Source: Camelus dromedarius
Lineage: Eukaryota
Assembly (NCBI RefSeq): GCF_036321535.1
Contig: NC_087436.1
Location: forward strand, 63,986,001-64,050,000
DNA length: 64,000 nucleotides
Reading direction: 5' to 3'
The notes under the pieces are model-generated. The model made no database searches. It was not told the origin of the DNA and was given only the letters and a program-made list of their open reading frames with translations. This document shows, piece after piece, positions 39,332-52,142 of the stretch; position 1 is the stretch's first letter, and the number at the start of each line of letters is the position of its first letter. Made by a program: the position numbers and the translations under genes.

Positions 39332-40401
39332 CGCGAGCGAGCTTGCCTTAAAGCCGCGAAGAGAGGTACCCTTTGTTTGACAAACCCTGAAAGGAAAGCC
39401 TCTTGTAGCAGCTCTCCCGTTCCCACCTCCAGGCGTTTGTCGAGCTGCTAGGTGGAGCGCGCGCGGCGGAGCCCGAGCGCATTCCAGATCCGGGTTTTGC
39501 CTCCCGCCACCCCTTCCCCCGGCGCGAACCCCCTCCTCTGCTCTCGGCGCACTCGGCGCTCGCCCGCCCGCGGCTCATTTTGGCCTCGGCTCGGGCCCCG
39601 GCTGCGTCCGCCGCACGCAGGCTGCACGACCTCGGCGCGCCAGCGCTTCGGCCGGCTCTCGGCGCGTCGCCCGCTCTCCCGCTCTCCCGCTCTCCCGGCA
39701 CTGCTCGCCCCAGTTCCCAGAAGCGGGGATGCAGATACTGCCGTTCGTCCGGGTGGGCGCCGCCGCTGCCGCTGCCGGCTTTTCCCGGACTGCTCCTTGC
39801 CTACACTCCCGCAGCTGCTGCTGCTGCCGCCTGTGACTCGCCCCCTCCCCTTTCTTTCTTCTCTTTTTGCCTCCGTCCTCTTTCTCCGGGTGTGCGCGCG
39901 CGCGGGTTGCACGGTTGGCTTTGGCAGGAGCTCGCTCGTGTGTGCGCGTGAGTGTGCGTGTCTGGAGAGCTCCAGAGCTTTGCTCGCTCTCGGGGAGTCG
40001 AAGAAGAGAAAGAACCGAGGAGGCGGCGGCGGCGCGGAGCCCGGGGCCGTGCGATGAAGCTCCCACATGCCCGCAGCTGCCCGGCCCGACCGGCTAGTTA
40101 ATCAGCCACTCCTCGGGCTCGGGGCTCCGCGGCCCCCGGGACGCAGCCCTCGGAGGCAAAGCGCCCGCTCCGCCCGCGCGCCCCCGCTGTGCACCCGGGA
40201 AGGAGTTTGTTTGGCCCTCGCTCCAGCTCTCCGCGCAGGTTGCGGGCGTGAGAAGAGACCCTCGGCGAGGAGAGAACCTCGGGAGAAGGAGGGTTTGGCG
40301 GAGAAGAAGCCACCCCTGGCCCTCGCAGCTCCCCCTACCTATTCCATCGCTCCCGCTCTCAGGCGGAAAGGGGAGGACGAGGAAGAAGAAGAAAAAGAGA
40401 A

Positions 40402-40432
40402 GGGGGTGGGGTGGGAGAACTGGATATAAAAA
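40402..40432 (+). promoter_or_regulatory. GT box (Sp/KLF-type) followed by a TATA-like box
   Basis: GGGGGTGGGGTGGG at 40402-40415 and TATAAAAA at 40425-40432, an AT-rich element inside GC-rich DNA. Confidence 0.4.
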
Positions 40433-40454
40433 TCGGCTTGGGGGATGGTGGAAG

Positions 40455-40978
40455 ATTTTTGGTCTCTTCAGCAGCGCCTTTTCTTAAGCGGCAGCAGCAG
40501 GAGGAGGAAAAGCAGCCCCAGCTATGACTGCCGCATGTTAATAGCTGCTGCTTGGGTCCCTTGGCTGCTGTTGGAGACAGAACCTGACTCCGAAGTTGTG
40601 CAACTGTGGACCGGGGGAGACATTTGAACCCTCCACTCTCTTTGCTCCGTTTTTACCCTCTTGGTGTGTGAAGCGAGGAAACGTAAAGGAAGACAAGCAT
40701 TTGGTCCCCCCCTCCCCCCCGCTTCCCTTTTCTCCATGGCTGTGTAGCAGAAGAAAGGGGGAAGGAAAGACTTTTTGTTGTTTCCTTGGCTGGGGTCTCC
40801 ACCTTCCTGCTGCCTTCTCTGCGCTTTGGTTATTCGTGGCTGCGTGTGGTGGGGGAGTCTTCGCTGGGGCCACTCGGTCTTTTGCCCCGGGCTCCATGGC
40901 TGGATTGTGGAAACTGCACTCGGCTGCAGGTTGTTGAACAACTGATGGGACGATCTCGGGGACCGGCGGTTACGAAAG
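40455..40978 (+). other. FAT3: Candidate first (mostly 5' UTR) exon of a large gene, tentatively FAT3. The 5' boundary is uncertain and may lie further upstream in the island.
   Basis: Seen: ends at AAG|GTAATT (40978/40979) inside the island, with a TATA-like box at 40425 and no coding exon in the next 23 kb. The gene name rests only on my recollection of the FAT3 non-coding exon 1 and its gene-desert/long-intron layout, and needs BLAST confirmation. Confidence 0.45.
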
Positions 40979-43900
40979 GTAATTTATTCTTTTCACTCTT
41001 CCTAATAGTGGTGGCCCTGGCCCGGGTCGGGCAGCTGCGTCCGCCCGGCGGGCAACCGAGGGGGTGCAGGTCCATGCACACTCACCCTCCCACTCGCCCT
41101 CGCCCGCACACACTCGCCTGCACACACACTCATCCGGTCGTGATGTGGGGCGGGAAGAGAACCTCATGGCTGGTGGGCGCTGGGGGCTGGCATGGGTTTG
41201 AGGTTTTTCCAGCTATTGGGCGATTTGGCGGATGAGAGGGGAGAGTAGACAGGGCGCATTCGCAGTCCAACACTCTGGGGGATAGGAACGGTTTCCACCC
41301 TGGGGATCTTCCCTCCTCTCTCACCCCAGTGTCATCCCCTGGTGGGAGCTGAAGGCAGAACAGGGGGCGCCTTCTCTTCGCCGGCCCAGGGCCTGTGCCG
41401 CTGGAGGCGGGAGGGGGCTGGAGGACCGACAGGGACCGGGTGAGGAGCTGGGCTCAGGGGTAATAAAGACTGCGGGACGGTGAGCCCTACAAGATTCTCT
41501 CCAGACGCCTGCCGGCAGCATCCATGGTAGCCGCGTTTGGCCAGGTCGCTCCCCTGAGCCATGGAGTCGCGCTACCTCCCCGCATCCCGCCCGTTGTGTC
41601 CCCTTCACGGCAGTTTGGTTTAGACCTGCTTGCTCCGGCTTTGTTAGGCGGCTTTGGCTGGAGAAAGCTGGCACTTTCATGGGTGGCCCAGGGCGGCGAG
41701 GTGTTGGGAGTGGGCACGAGGTGGGGGGCGGTGTTGCACGAACGGGGTGGCCGGGGCGCCTGGGCGGGGTGGGCAGAGCATTGGCAGCCGCGGTGGGCTG
41801 GGTTACAGGTAGGAGGGCAGGCGCCCTGAATCTTCTTACGGGAGAAGGGGAGGCTCCGGGCTGCAGCGGAGCGTCGATGCCGCCGCGCCCCCGCGCCCCG
41901 TGGATGGTCCGACGTTGGAGCTCGGGGGCTAAACGTGTCAGGCCCCCTAGCAGTATAGGTGGGTGGGTGTGTATGTAGAGGGTAGAGGGTACCTCTGGTA
42001 TCAGGGGCTAGTTGGCAGCAGGGTTGGCGTGTGCGTGTCTGTGTGCGCGTTCTTGCGCTCCAGGGATAGCCCGGAGATATTTGTGAGGATGGCAGAGCTG
42101 ATGCTACTTGAGCTGAGCTTGCTTATCGAAATCGCTTGGGATCCGCTTAACTGGAAAATCTGGTTTGAGGAGGCCGCCGGGGCCCCATAGGGGTTGCGAG
42201 GAAGCCTCTCTGTGTCCCCTCTCTCCTCAGCGAGGAGCACAGCCGCGAGATGCGTGCGGCGCGTGAGAGTCTGTGGTGCAGCGCGCGATGCACCCCAAAT
42301 TGGCCCTGATGAGGACTGAAGGATAGAGTAGTTGTCTCTCGGGCAGATTGAAATAACCGAGTCAGGCCAGCATAACCCCTGGTCCCTGGAATTCTCTGGC
42401 CACTTTCCGATAGAAACGTGAGCTGCTTTATTTATGGCCAGAGATACCTTAGCAATTGGGAGAACTCGAGGCTTGCGAGCCACCTCTGGGTGTCTCCTCC
42501 CTGTGCCTGTGTGTGATCTTGCCTGCAGTAGTTAGAGCACACTGTAAACAACTGTGTAAGCAGCCCTGCCACAGTCTCCTTTAGAGCTGAACCTGATGAT
42601 GTCTGTTGTGTTTACTTTCCTGGGTAGATTACTCATTAGGAAGTAGCCTTCTTGCACCTCTGATTTTACATCCTTCCAGCCAGCTGCTGGGGAAATGAGG
42701 AGACGCATAGACTCTGGCAGGAAGGAAAAATTGCCTTCTGTTTTGCTCTGAAGTAAATAGGCGGTCTGCTAATTTAGTGTCATATGGGCTATCAACACTA
42801 GTTAAAGAATGTCATTGTAGAATCTACAAAGAAACAGTTCTTTTAGTAATTTTTCACTTGGAGAATGCTCTTTATTTTCCTGTGAGATTAAAGAGAATGT
42901 AGCTAGATTTCTCTGGTTTATTTTTCAATCGGTAATGGTGGTAAATGACCTGGAATTCTACCGCCCGTTTGTCAGAATATAGATTACAGTTAGAATTCTC
43001 AGTTCTTTTTTGGTATCACCAAAAGAAGTTTCCAAGTAATTTGTGTAGGAGTTAAAAGGATATTTGCATTGAAATATCCCTCACCCTTCTTTTACCGAGT
43101 CTTTTTTTTTTTTTTTGGGTAACCAAAGCAAGGGTTAAAATGTACAAAGATAAATAGTTTTTAAAAAAGTTGGAAAGCTAAACTGTTTTTCAGTTTCAAT
43201 GATTAAAAAGACATTAAATTCCTTAGTTGGAGATTAGCTCAGATTGCTTTGGTTTTTGTTGCAAATGGCTGTGTTCTATTTTGTTGAAAAAAAAGTATGT
43301 AAAAGGATACTTTGTTTCTAGGTACCATTTCAATTTTAAGGTGCTGACTTCTTGAAAAAGCCTAGGTTGAGGAAAAAAGCAGGAATACTGAATCATTGGT
43401 GCCTGATTTTGATTAAGTGATATTTTTATGATAGTGCTAGTGGTAGTCATCTTAATAGGAAACTTAGGGACTTGTGATTTCATTCATGGGACTCTAGCTT
43501 CATATATTTCTTTCCTTTCTAGAACGTATATGTCAAAGTCTTTGAACTTGCAAATATTTCTGAAGATGAAAGGATACTTCTCCTCTAATTTTAGAAGATC
43601 TAATCACAATGATTCCCAGTCCTTACGTTACAAGTTTTGATCAGATCTGTTCTTTGTTTCCTAGCGGCATGTGTTTCCTAGCAGTCATACATTCCACAGG
43701 TCCTGATGTCATTAGGACTGTGTCAGTGTATTGTGCTGTCTCTAGCTGAAGGTGACTGTTTCAGAAGTGCTTGAATGCCATTCGCTAGCACTTCTTCATA
43801 ATCAAATATTCAGTAACTTGCTCCATTGGTGCATATGGTTGACTGGACTCTTTCTATAAACTTGGGGTAGGAGGAGTGATTAGTATAAGGTTTTTGTGAA

Positions 43901-44852
43901 CTATGTAAATTTTTCAGATGGGCATGTTAGGCTGCTCCAGGCATCCCTGGCCTCCAGAGTGATAAGCCAGCATGTGATTTGCTTGATGGGTAAATGCTTT
44001 TGATGTCACATTTTAAGTTGCTTCGTGTGATTATCCTTTAGGTTAAGAGCCCTCCAGGAAAATATGAAAGGAGGGTCTTTTAGAGGTGATTTCCTTAATG
44101 ATGATCTTCTTGCTGTTTGGAAATTTAAATACTCCTTTCCACCGGGAATAATAGTGAGTATGAGACTTACTGGCTCCGGCTACTGTGCCTGGCATTGTTT
44201 CTAGTAATTAGAGGAGGCAAAATTCTTATGGACTTGTTTTCCTTATAGTCAAGTTAATCCTAAATAGACGGTTAAAAAAAAGGTTATCAAATGAAAAGAA
44301 TCGAAGTTAGTCAAATAATATAATGCTAAACTGAATTGTTTTTCACATTTGATTTGGGCTGCTTTAACTGCTTGTTGAAGCTCTCTTTGAAAAGAGCTTC
44401 CAAATAGGAGTGACAGTTACTGTTAGAAGTAGGGCATTTTTGCCCAGAAATCAAGGAAAGCTGTGTATTTAAAAATGAAGAGTGATTTTGAGAAATGCCA
44501 TGCAGCCTTACTTTAGCCTGGTGTCAAGGCTAGAGCAGTTGGAATTGGAGGGAGATGATCTTTCCTTAAGTTTTGCAAATGACTATTTCCCCTTTGATTT
44601 CTTAGATTTGCATCACATTCAAAATATGCAGTCGCTACATAGGGAGGAACCGTCAAGACCGAGGCTCTATTGTAATTTAACATTTGTTTGCCTTCAAGGA
44701 CATATTTACCCTTAGATTACTGTTGCATTTATGTCTTTTTCTTTCATGCAAATACATTTCTTTGTAGAATATTTTATTATGAAATATAAGCTAAAACATT
44801 CAAATATGAATAAGGTCCTCCTGACATTTTTCCTTTCTTATCTGTGTGAATG

Positions 44853-44854
<2 letters not shown>

Positions 44855-44898
<44 letters not shown>
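44855..44898. repeat. (TG)22 microsatellite
   Basis: Read directly. Confidence 0.97.
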
Positions 44899-44900
<2 letters not shown>

Positions 44901-45547
44901 GTTAGGGAGCTGTTGATCAATGGGGAAAAATCCAGATTTTCCTTTGACTGTGATATGGATATTGATATTATTGGTCAGTTTGAGAGAAGAGTGCAGGCAT
45001 GCCTGTGAATAGCATTGATGAGTTGAAATATATGCATATCCCCCCATCCTTTAATAACTTTACCCTAGTCTAAGTGTCTGTGTGGCCCAATAAAAGTAAC
45101 TCTTCTACTGCAGAAGTAACCAGGTGTAATTTTTTTCTTAGAATTGTTAAGTGTGCTTGTGCACTCACAAATAAAAAATATGTAAAAAAAAATTAGCTGT
45201 CCTACTCTGAATTAATCGAAATTCTCCATTTGTTTTAGGGAATGGGTGAAAAGGGAGAGTTCTTCCTATGTTTGATCATAACAGATTCTATAGATCTTAA
45301 TTTATCTTATGTCTTATTAAAACAATAATGTAGTTTAATAGTAACAGATTTCTTCATAAGAATGATTATAAGTATATATTAGAAGAAGTTAACATTTGGT
45401 CCACAATATTTAAGAATTTAAATGGAATATTGTTGGTGGTAATCCTAATTATTGTGAACATTATCTTGGGGATGGAAAATTAAATCAACCAACTGAATAT
45501 TGTTGTCTGGTAAATCTTCTGTGTCAGTTATTTTGTAGAACAGACAG

Positions 45548-45900
45548 TCCTTTCTTCTTAAAGTGTGTTCTGGGGAAACCTGTGGGTCTTTGAGACCTTT
45601 TCAGAGGGTCTATGAAGAGAACAGCATTTTCATGATTATGCTAAGATGCTATTTGCCTTTCACACTCATACTTAACAAGTGTACAGTGGAGTTTTCCAGA
45701 AGGTAACATGATACGTGATGACATCATTGCTTTGATGGCATATGGCATGTGTGCTGGTGTATTCCTGTGTTTTAAAATTTTACCAGTTTAACTATTAATA
45801 TGTAACTATTGATAGTTATAACCAACGTAATTAAAAGTTGCTGTAAGTCATCAATTTTCAAGTGTGTAAAAGGATCCTGGAATCAATCTGAGAACCGCTG
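45548..45900 (+). mobile_element. Charlie1-family hAT non-autonomous element
   Basis: TGAGACCTTTTCAGAGGGTC...GTGTACAGTGGAGTTTTCCAGA...TGAGAACCGCTG terminus. Confidence 0.75.
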
Positions 45901-46189
45901 ATGTTGACTTTTCAAGATCTGCCTCCTTGTACTCAAAAGTGTCATCTCATTGGACCATATACAGGGCTATCTAGGCTGAGAAAACAAGTAGCTTCTTAAG
46001 CTTTAGAGACACAGCCAGATGGGTATTTTATTAATTATTTGACATTTTCACTTTTCTCTTTCTAAAGAAAGCTTGTTCTTAGTATTTTTGGTTCCCAGTT
46101 AGTGAAATGGCAACTTTAAAGCTGCAGGTCTCCAGCAGAGGAGCTACTGGGAAAATTTATTATGTAGGTCTTGATATTCTGATATCTGG

Positions 46190-46445
46190 AGAGGCAGAAT
46201 GGTGTAGTCCTGAAGAGAAGGGACTCTGTGGTATATTTCCCTAGGCTTGGTAAATTATTTGACTTTGGACAGTATGCTGAGTCTATCTCTATTCCTCAAT
46301 TTCCTGGTAACTTTCAGTGGGTAGGTACAACAACTGTACCTAATTCATAGGTTGTTGGGAAAATTTAATGGGAAAATATTTGCAAATTTCTTAATAGTTC
46401 CAGGTATGTAATATGGCATGCAACTATTTGCTATCATTATTATTA
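46190..46445 (+). mobile_element. MIR SINE
   Basis: GAGAGGCAGAATGGTGTAG..AAGAG..GGACTCTG...TGACTTTGGACA...GTACCTAATTCATAGGTTGTTG. Confidence 0.68.
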
Positions 46446-47274
46446 TTTACTATGTCTCATGAATATCACAGGAAACTTAATCAGTTCCCCATGTGATTAT
46501 GTGATTCAGACATGCAATTATGTTTTACCTTATTGCTTTAGAGTATGTCTTAAAATGCTATTAAATTTGACAATTTCATATAAATGATAATCTTGGCTTT
46601 ATTTTACCCTTACACCTGAAAACTCATGAAGAGTTTTGGTTTTTTTTTTTTTTTGGTATAGTAAGAATTAATAAAACACCTTTTTTTAGCTTGGGCAAAC
46701 TTTGAAATTCAGTAGAGGTTGAATATCCAATTAAAACTAGATTTCAAAGACCCTAATTGAATATTTATGTATCTTGGGAATTATTAGGGAAGAAATCACT
46801 TTTCTGAAGTGATATCTAGACTCACTATACTCCTAGTGTGTTAATCATTATCTAAGCATCACAATAGGACATTTTCAATGAAAAGGATCCTTGGGTAATT
46901 ATATACTGCAGTTCAGTTTGTTGATAAGTGGGGATAGGCCCAGTGAGTTACAGAAGCCCTACATAGAGATTCATTTCACTAGATGCTAAGATTTAAAGAA
47001 GACCTGTAATACTTCTGAATGGCACTGACATTTATTTGAAAACTTCATAGATATATGTATCTTCATAGATACGTTTATTTATATATATATATTTGAGGAG
47101 GCATATTTCATGGCTAGTGTAATTCTTGACTCAGGCCTTCCACTATGAAATTAGTAGTGTAGCACTGACTTTCTGCAGCACTTTGGCTAATCCTGATTTA
47201 GTGTTGTTGAAACTACATTATGCTCCTTAGTGGGCATAGCTGGCCACTGTCTCTAATTATGAACTGCTCAGAAA

Positions 47275-47460
47275 TGGCCTTTGGAATAAAAGACATTTGA
47301 ATACAGTCCCAGTTCCACGACTTGCTAGCTCTGTCATCTCTGTTTGTAAAATAAAGGTGATAAAATCTACATTGCTGGTTTGGGGTGAGGAATAGGAAGT
47401 AAATAGAAAAGTACCTGACAGAAAGAGCATTTAATAAATGGTACCTATTATTATTAGTCA
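47275..47460 (+). mobile_element. MIR SINE
   Basis: TCCCAGTTCCACGACTTGCTAGCTCTG...GTACCTGACAGAAAGAGCATTTAATAAATGGTACCTATTATT. Confidence 0.62.
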
Positions 47461-50400
47461 TAGTATAATTAGAAATGTCCCTAACTACTAGTACTCAGCA
47501 AACTTCGTTAAATTAAGTATCATTTTCTTATTGAAGAATTCTGGATGAGCTATGAAAATCAATAGCATTTTCTTAGGCAGGAGAGAAAGGTTTCACATGT
47601 ATCTTTTGTCTTTTCCGTGTTCTTTCCCTCTCTCCTTTTTAACCTTTAGTTAAGTACCTATTTCTGAGCTCTTCCTCTTAAACTTAAAATGTTATGCTGT
47701 GCTACTTATTCTCCCCCCAAATCATAATCCTGACAGGAAAATATTTTTGACAGCGACCAAGTGCCATGGCTGAAGATCGACTTTAAATCAGGTATAAAAT
47801 GAAAGTAGCAATTTAACTTAAGACATTTTAAATTAAACTCCTGATCATCTTTTCACATGGTGTCAGCAGCTCTTTAAGCTTTAACTGCATCAGAATTTTC
47901 TACCATGTTGTAACTAAATCATCATAAACTTCCAAGATTGAAGAATTTCCCATACTTTTAAAAGATTTATAATCCCAAAGTTCAAGTCCTCATAAGATTG
48001 CTGTAAATGCAGATGAACCCTTAAAATTCAGATTCCAAAGTTGCTTTAAATGCTAGAAGTATGGAAAGGGTCATAATTAAGTCCATATTTTGGAATTCAC
48101 ATCTGTATTTCAGTGACAATTGCCAGTAAGGGAAGTTATTAAAATGTGTGTCTCTTAACATCTAATCATTTCGCGTTTATGTTGAGGCGGAAAGAGTACA
48201 ACATGGCAGGTGGTAAAAATGAATGAAAAAATAAACTGCACATTGGACGGCTGACTTGCCGAATTGTACCAGACTTAAGTGTTTTAAAGTGTGACTCAAG
48301 AAAACCAAAGCCAAGTGGAAACGACACCCCCTCCTGTTTGATCAGCTTGTGTTGGTGTTTATGCACCCCGCAGAGGCAAAGTGTGTTACTATTCAAGACA
48401 GCCCCAGTGGCTGCACAGTAGCCTGGATCTGTGAGAATAGGGGAGAGACTCAAGCCCAGTTTTTGATGTTCTGCGTGGGTGGGTAACCTGAATACTAAAA
48501 TGCATTCCATTGACAGCTGACCCTGTAAGAGGTTTTTCAACAGTCTCCTGTTTTGTTTTGGTTTGGTTAGGTTTTTTCCCCTTTTCCTTTCCTCAAAGCT
48601 CTTCCAAATACTTTTTGGATGAGAGCAAATGGTCCTGATGGATGGTCATCTTTTTGAATGAGATTTTATTTCTGGAATGAATGGAAGGGCTCAACGGTTT
48701 ACATTTCTGTCTTTTGTTTTTTCATATTTTCAGTGTTCTTGATTTGTCAGTGGCTGATACTTGTTGTTTGAACCTTGACTCAGAATACTGATCATGACTC
48801 CCAGGAGTGGACAAAGAGTCTATTGAGAAATAGGTTTGTGTTAACATGAGGCATGTTTATATCTACAGACTGTCTTTATATTGGCTTTAACTCTTCAGTT
48901 GAATTTGTCTGTTGAATTTTAATCATTTCACTCAAAATTGACTTTGGAAGAAGAGCTGTAGCATCCATTGTCTTTTAAAATAATATAGTTTTTTGAATTT
49001 GAGGTATGTTCTGTTAAATTTTACTTTCATTTTCAATAAATTTTACATATTATTGTTAAATATTATTTTGTAATTATTCCAAAATGCTGCATATTTTATG
49101 ATAATGCCTCAGTTGTCATATGGACTTAAATTCAACTTAAAAATTTTGATAGAATGGGTGTATTCATTATTTTTATTTTAATTGCAAAGACACCTCCAAC
49201 TAGCTTTAGACCATAGTGATTAATTTATTGGGAAGTTATTGTGTTTCTCACTTAAAAAATCTTAGGGAAGGATCAGGGTTTACCTGGGTATCAGAAGAAA
49301 TTAGCACCTTGAATACCACTAAGATTCTGTACCAGGTGCATGCCCCTATGCACACCACCACTGTTCCTTCTTCTAAACCTTTCACCACAGGCTGAATTAA
49401 GTACCCAGCTTTAAATTGGTCTACTGTTACCAGCTTAGTGGAGTCAGTAAGGATATTGCAGTTCCTCTGTGGAGGACAAATGGCTTGATGAAGGAAAGGC
49501 CTATTTAAGAGAGGGATCTTGTCTGTAGTAAAAGGTAGAGGGGCTGATAAAACCTGAATGTCCACTACAGTGATCCTTTGTTAACTCAGACAGACCAGGC
49601 TTTAGAAGGACTGGTTAGGAAAACCATTAAAAATGGGTTACTCTTTTCTTGTAAGCAGCCAAAATGATTGTGGAACATGGTTTCCTACTCACTTGACCCA
49701 GAAAACCCAACAAAAACATGCAAATCAAAGGATTCAAATTTTTGGATTTAAGAACACCTGTGAAACTGCCCAAGTTTTCAAGGCTATGCATATCTGAAAA
49801 GCCACCAAATATCTGAAAGCCGTCATTTACATAAACAACGTATGCCATTTCGTCATTCAGTGGTGGAGTTACCAGTGTTCAGTGCCAAACAGGGACACTG
49901 GAGACAGGTTCAGTGGTACATAGAGTGCTGAATTTTTGTTACTCATGCTTAAAAATGCCAGTTTAAATGTGAAAAAAAATTTTTTTTTCTGCTGCTGAAG
50001 TAAAAGATTTAAACTATGTATTTAAAACATGAGGCCCATGAAAAGGGCACGAACCGAGATAGAGGTATTTTCCATTTTCATCTTTTTCTGCCAGGTTTAA
50101 ATAAAGATTGTTTAGGCACTGAGTACATCCAGGTGAAAAAGCCCCCAAAATGTGCCACTGGGCACAGAACTGATGGTTGAAATAACTTATGTATGAACTC
50201 CACCAGCTACACTGGGATGGTTCTTACTGAAAAGGAACACATTATACTTAAACCAGAAGTGGAAGTTTCACAGAAGAAAAAGATCCCAGGAGAAACTGAA
50301 GAAACAAAAACTTATGGCATGGGAATAAATATAGCATAAAGTAAATGCAAATAGAAGTAAAAGCAGAAAAAGTGGGTTTACAGATATGAATCCATCCATC

Positions 50401-51559
50401 TGTTTGAGACATTTAATTGTTTTACACTCGCTGGTGTACTCATTATGTCATACTACTGATGGGAATATATGTTTATTCAATAAACCTTATGTTTAGAGGC
50501 AGGATATTCAAAAGTACATCATGTAGAATATTTCAAATAACTGTGTGGATAACTTTATTAGCTACAGAATCCAATGGGAATTTACTTCAACCTATCCAAT
50601 AATAATGTTATTGAAATGACAGACGTCTACTATGGATCCATTATTACAAAACCTAGAGTCTGGGTAGTGTTTAATGCTGCCTCTTGGCCAGCCGAAGTAA
50701 AATGGTGCTTTAAAGCCATCATTCATATAAGTTGGGAGAACCTCTTACATTTATTGGTTTTTATTATTTTTTTCTTTATTTGAAATGGAAAATTGTGTTG
50801 ACTTTTCATTTTAAATTACCAACTATATATAAATAGTAATGTAAAATAATCTGGGAGAATTTTTAAAGGTAGGTAGATACCCTAATTAGAAGAACTCTTT
50901 CCTCATTGTTGCAAACCCTTGAAGAAGAAAGAGCCCTAAAAATTAGTAGGCTGTCAACATTGTATTTTTATGACTTGACATTATTAAGCAGACTTTGGGA
51001 GTATTTCTGTTTTTGGTGCATTTGATTAAATGTGTGATCATATCTGGGCGAAACAGCCTGCTGGGCTGCAGACAGTTGTGTTCAGAAATGAAATTTGCTT
51101 AGAGCCTCTAAGCAGACACTTATTCAATGAGACTCTTACTGAATAATGGATGATGGTGAAATTGCAGTAGTGTGTATGTGTGTTTTCTTCCTTGAAAATA
51201 GGGGTTGAGATAGAGCAACAACAAAAAAGTAATGGTGTATGAAAGAAAGCATTAGATTTATAAATGAGAAATTAACCTACATTATTACAAGTGAATGAAC
51301 GCTCTGTGTGAAGGACTCATAGTGTCACTGTCAAAGGATGGTATGCTAAGCCATCTGCTTTGTTTTAGTAATCTTGCTGAGTTACTTCCTTTTCTGCAAC
51401 TCTTAGCTTGGTAGATTTATTCTGGGATTTGTGCTACACTCATGTATATCATATATGTGTGCTCTTTTGATTCTACTTGGGTGCCAGTAATAGCTGAATT
51501 TTAATTCCTATTTATTCTTCCCAGTGCACCTTATTCCACATTCTCAATGATCATATTTT

Positions 51560-52050
51560 TAAAAGTTTTTTTTCTGATTATAGTAGATGCTCACATTGAA
51601 TACTTGTGAAACACAGAGATACATAAAGTCAAAATGGAAAACAACCAGTATATCATAATATAATTGTTCATTGCAGTGTTCAGTGTGCAGAGGTTTTTTC
51701 ACACGTTTTTGGCTTGATTATCCATGTATTTTATCCATGACTTATCTGTATTTTATGTGGGTGTGTGTTTGTTTTAGTAGAATTGAGGTTAAAATATGTA
51801 TACAGTTTGTATAATTTTCTCCAGTTTCCCAATGCCACTAATTTTTGAGAGCACCATTTTTAATACTGTAAAATACTTCATAGTGTGGGCACACTATGAT
51901 TTATTTAAACATTTCCTTATTCATGTGGGCTGTTAATATTTTGCTAGGATAAGTAACATAAAGCTTGGCCCATTGTCTGATGATTTCTGTAGCACAGATT
52001 CAAATTAGCACAAATGTACTACAAATGTCAAATTATTAGGACAAAGAATA
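51560..52050 (-). mobile_element. Ancient L1ME-type 3' fragment
   Basis: CATTTTTAATACTGTAAAATACTTCATAGTGTGG..ACTATGATTTATTTAAACATTTCCTTATT. Confidence 0.45.
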
Positions 52051-52142
52051 AATAATGACTATTTGACTTTTATTGCTTGGTTACAATGATCCACATGTGT
52101 TACTGTCCTCTGTGCATACTCATCTTCTTTTGGGAAAATTTT

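Larger units (their letters stand above)
39100..42300. promoter_or_regulatory. Large CpG island / promoter region
   Basis: Abrupt switch from AT-rich, CpG-poor DNA to ~3 kb of GC-rich, CpG-dense sequence with GC boxes, (GC)n, (GGC)n and (CTG)n runs and no recognisable interspersed repeats. Confidence 0.95.

Noticed and set aside
39169..42483. Many overlapping 60-206 aa ORFs on both strands
   Set aside because: Arg/Pro/Gly/Ala-rich low-complexity translations expected from stop-poor GC-rich DNA, with no recognisable domain.
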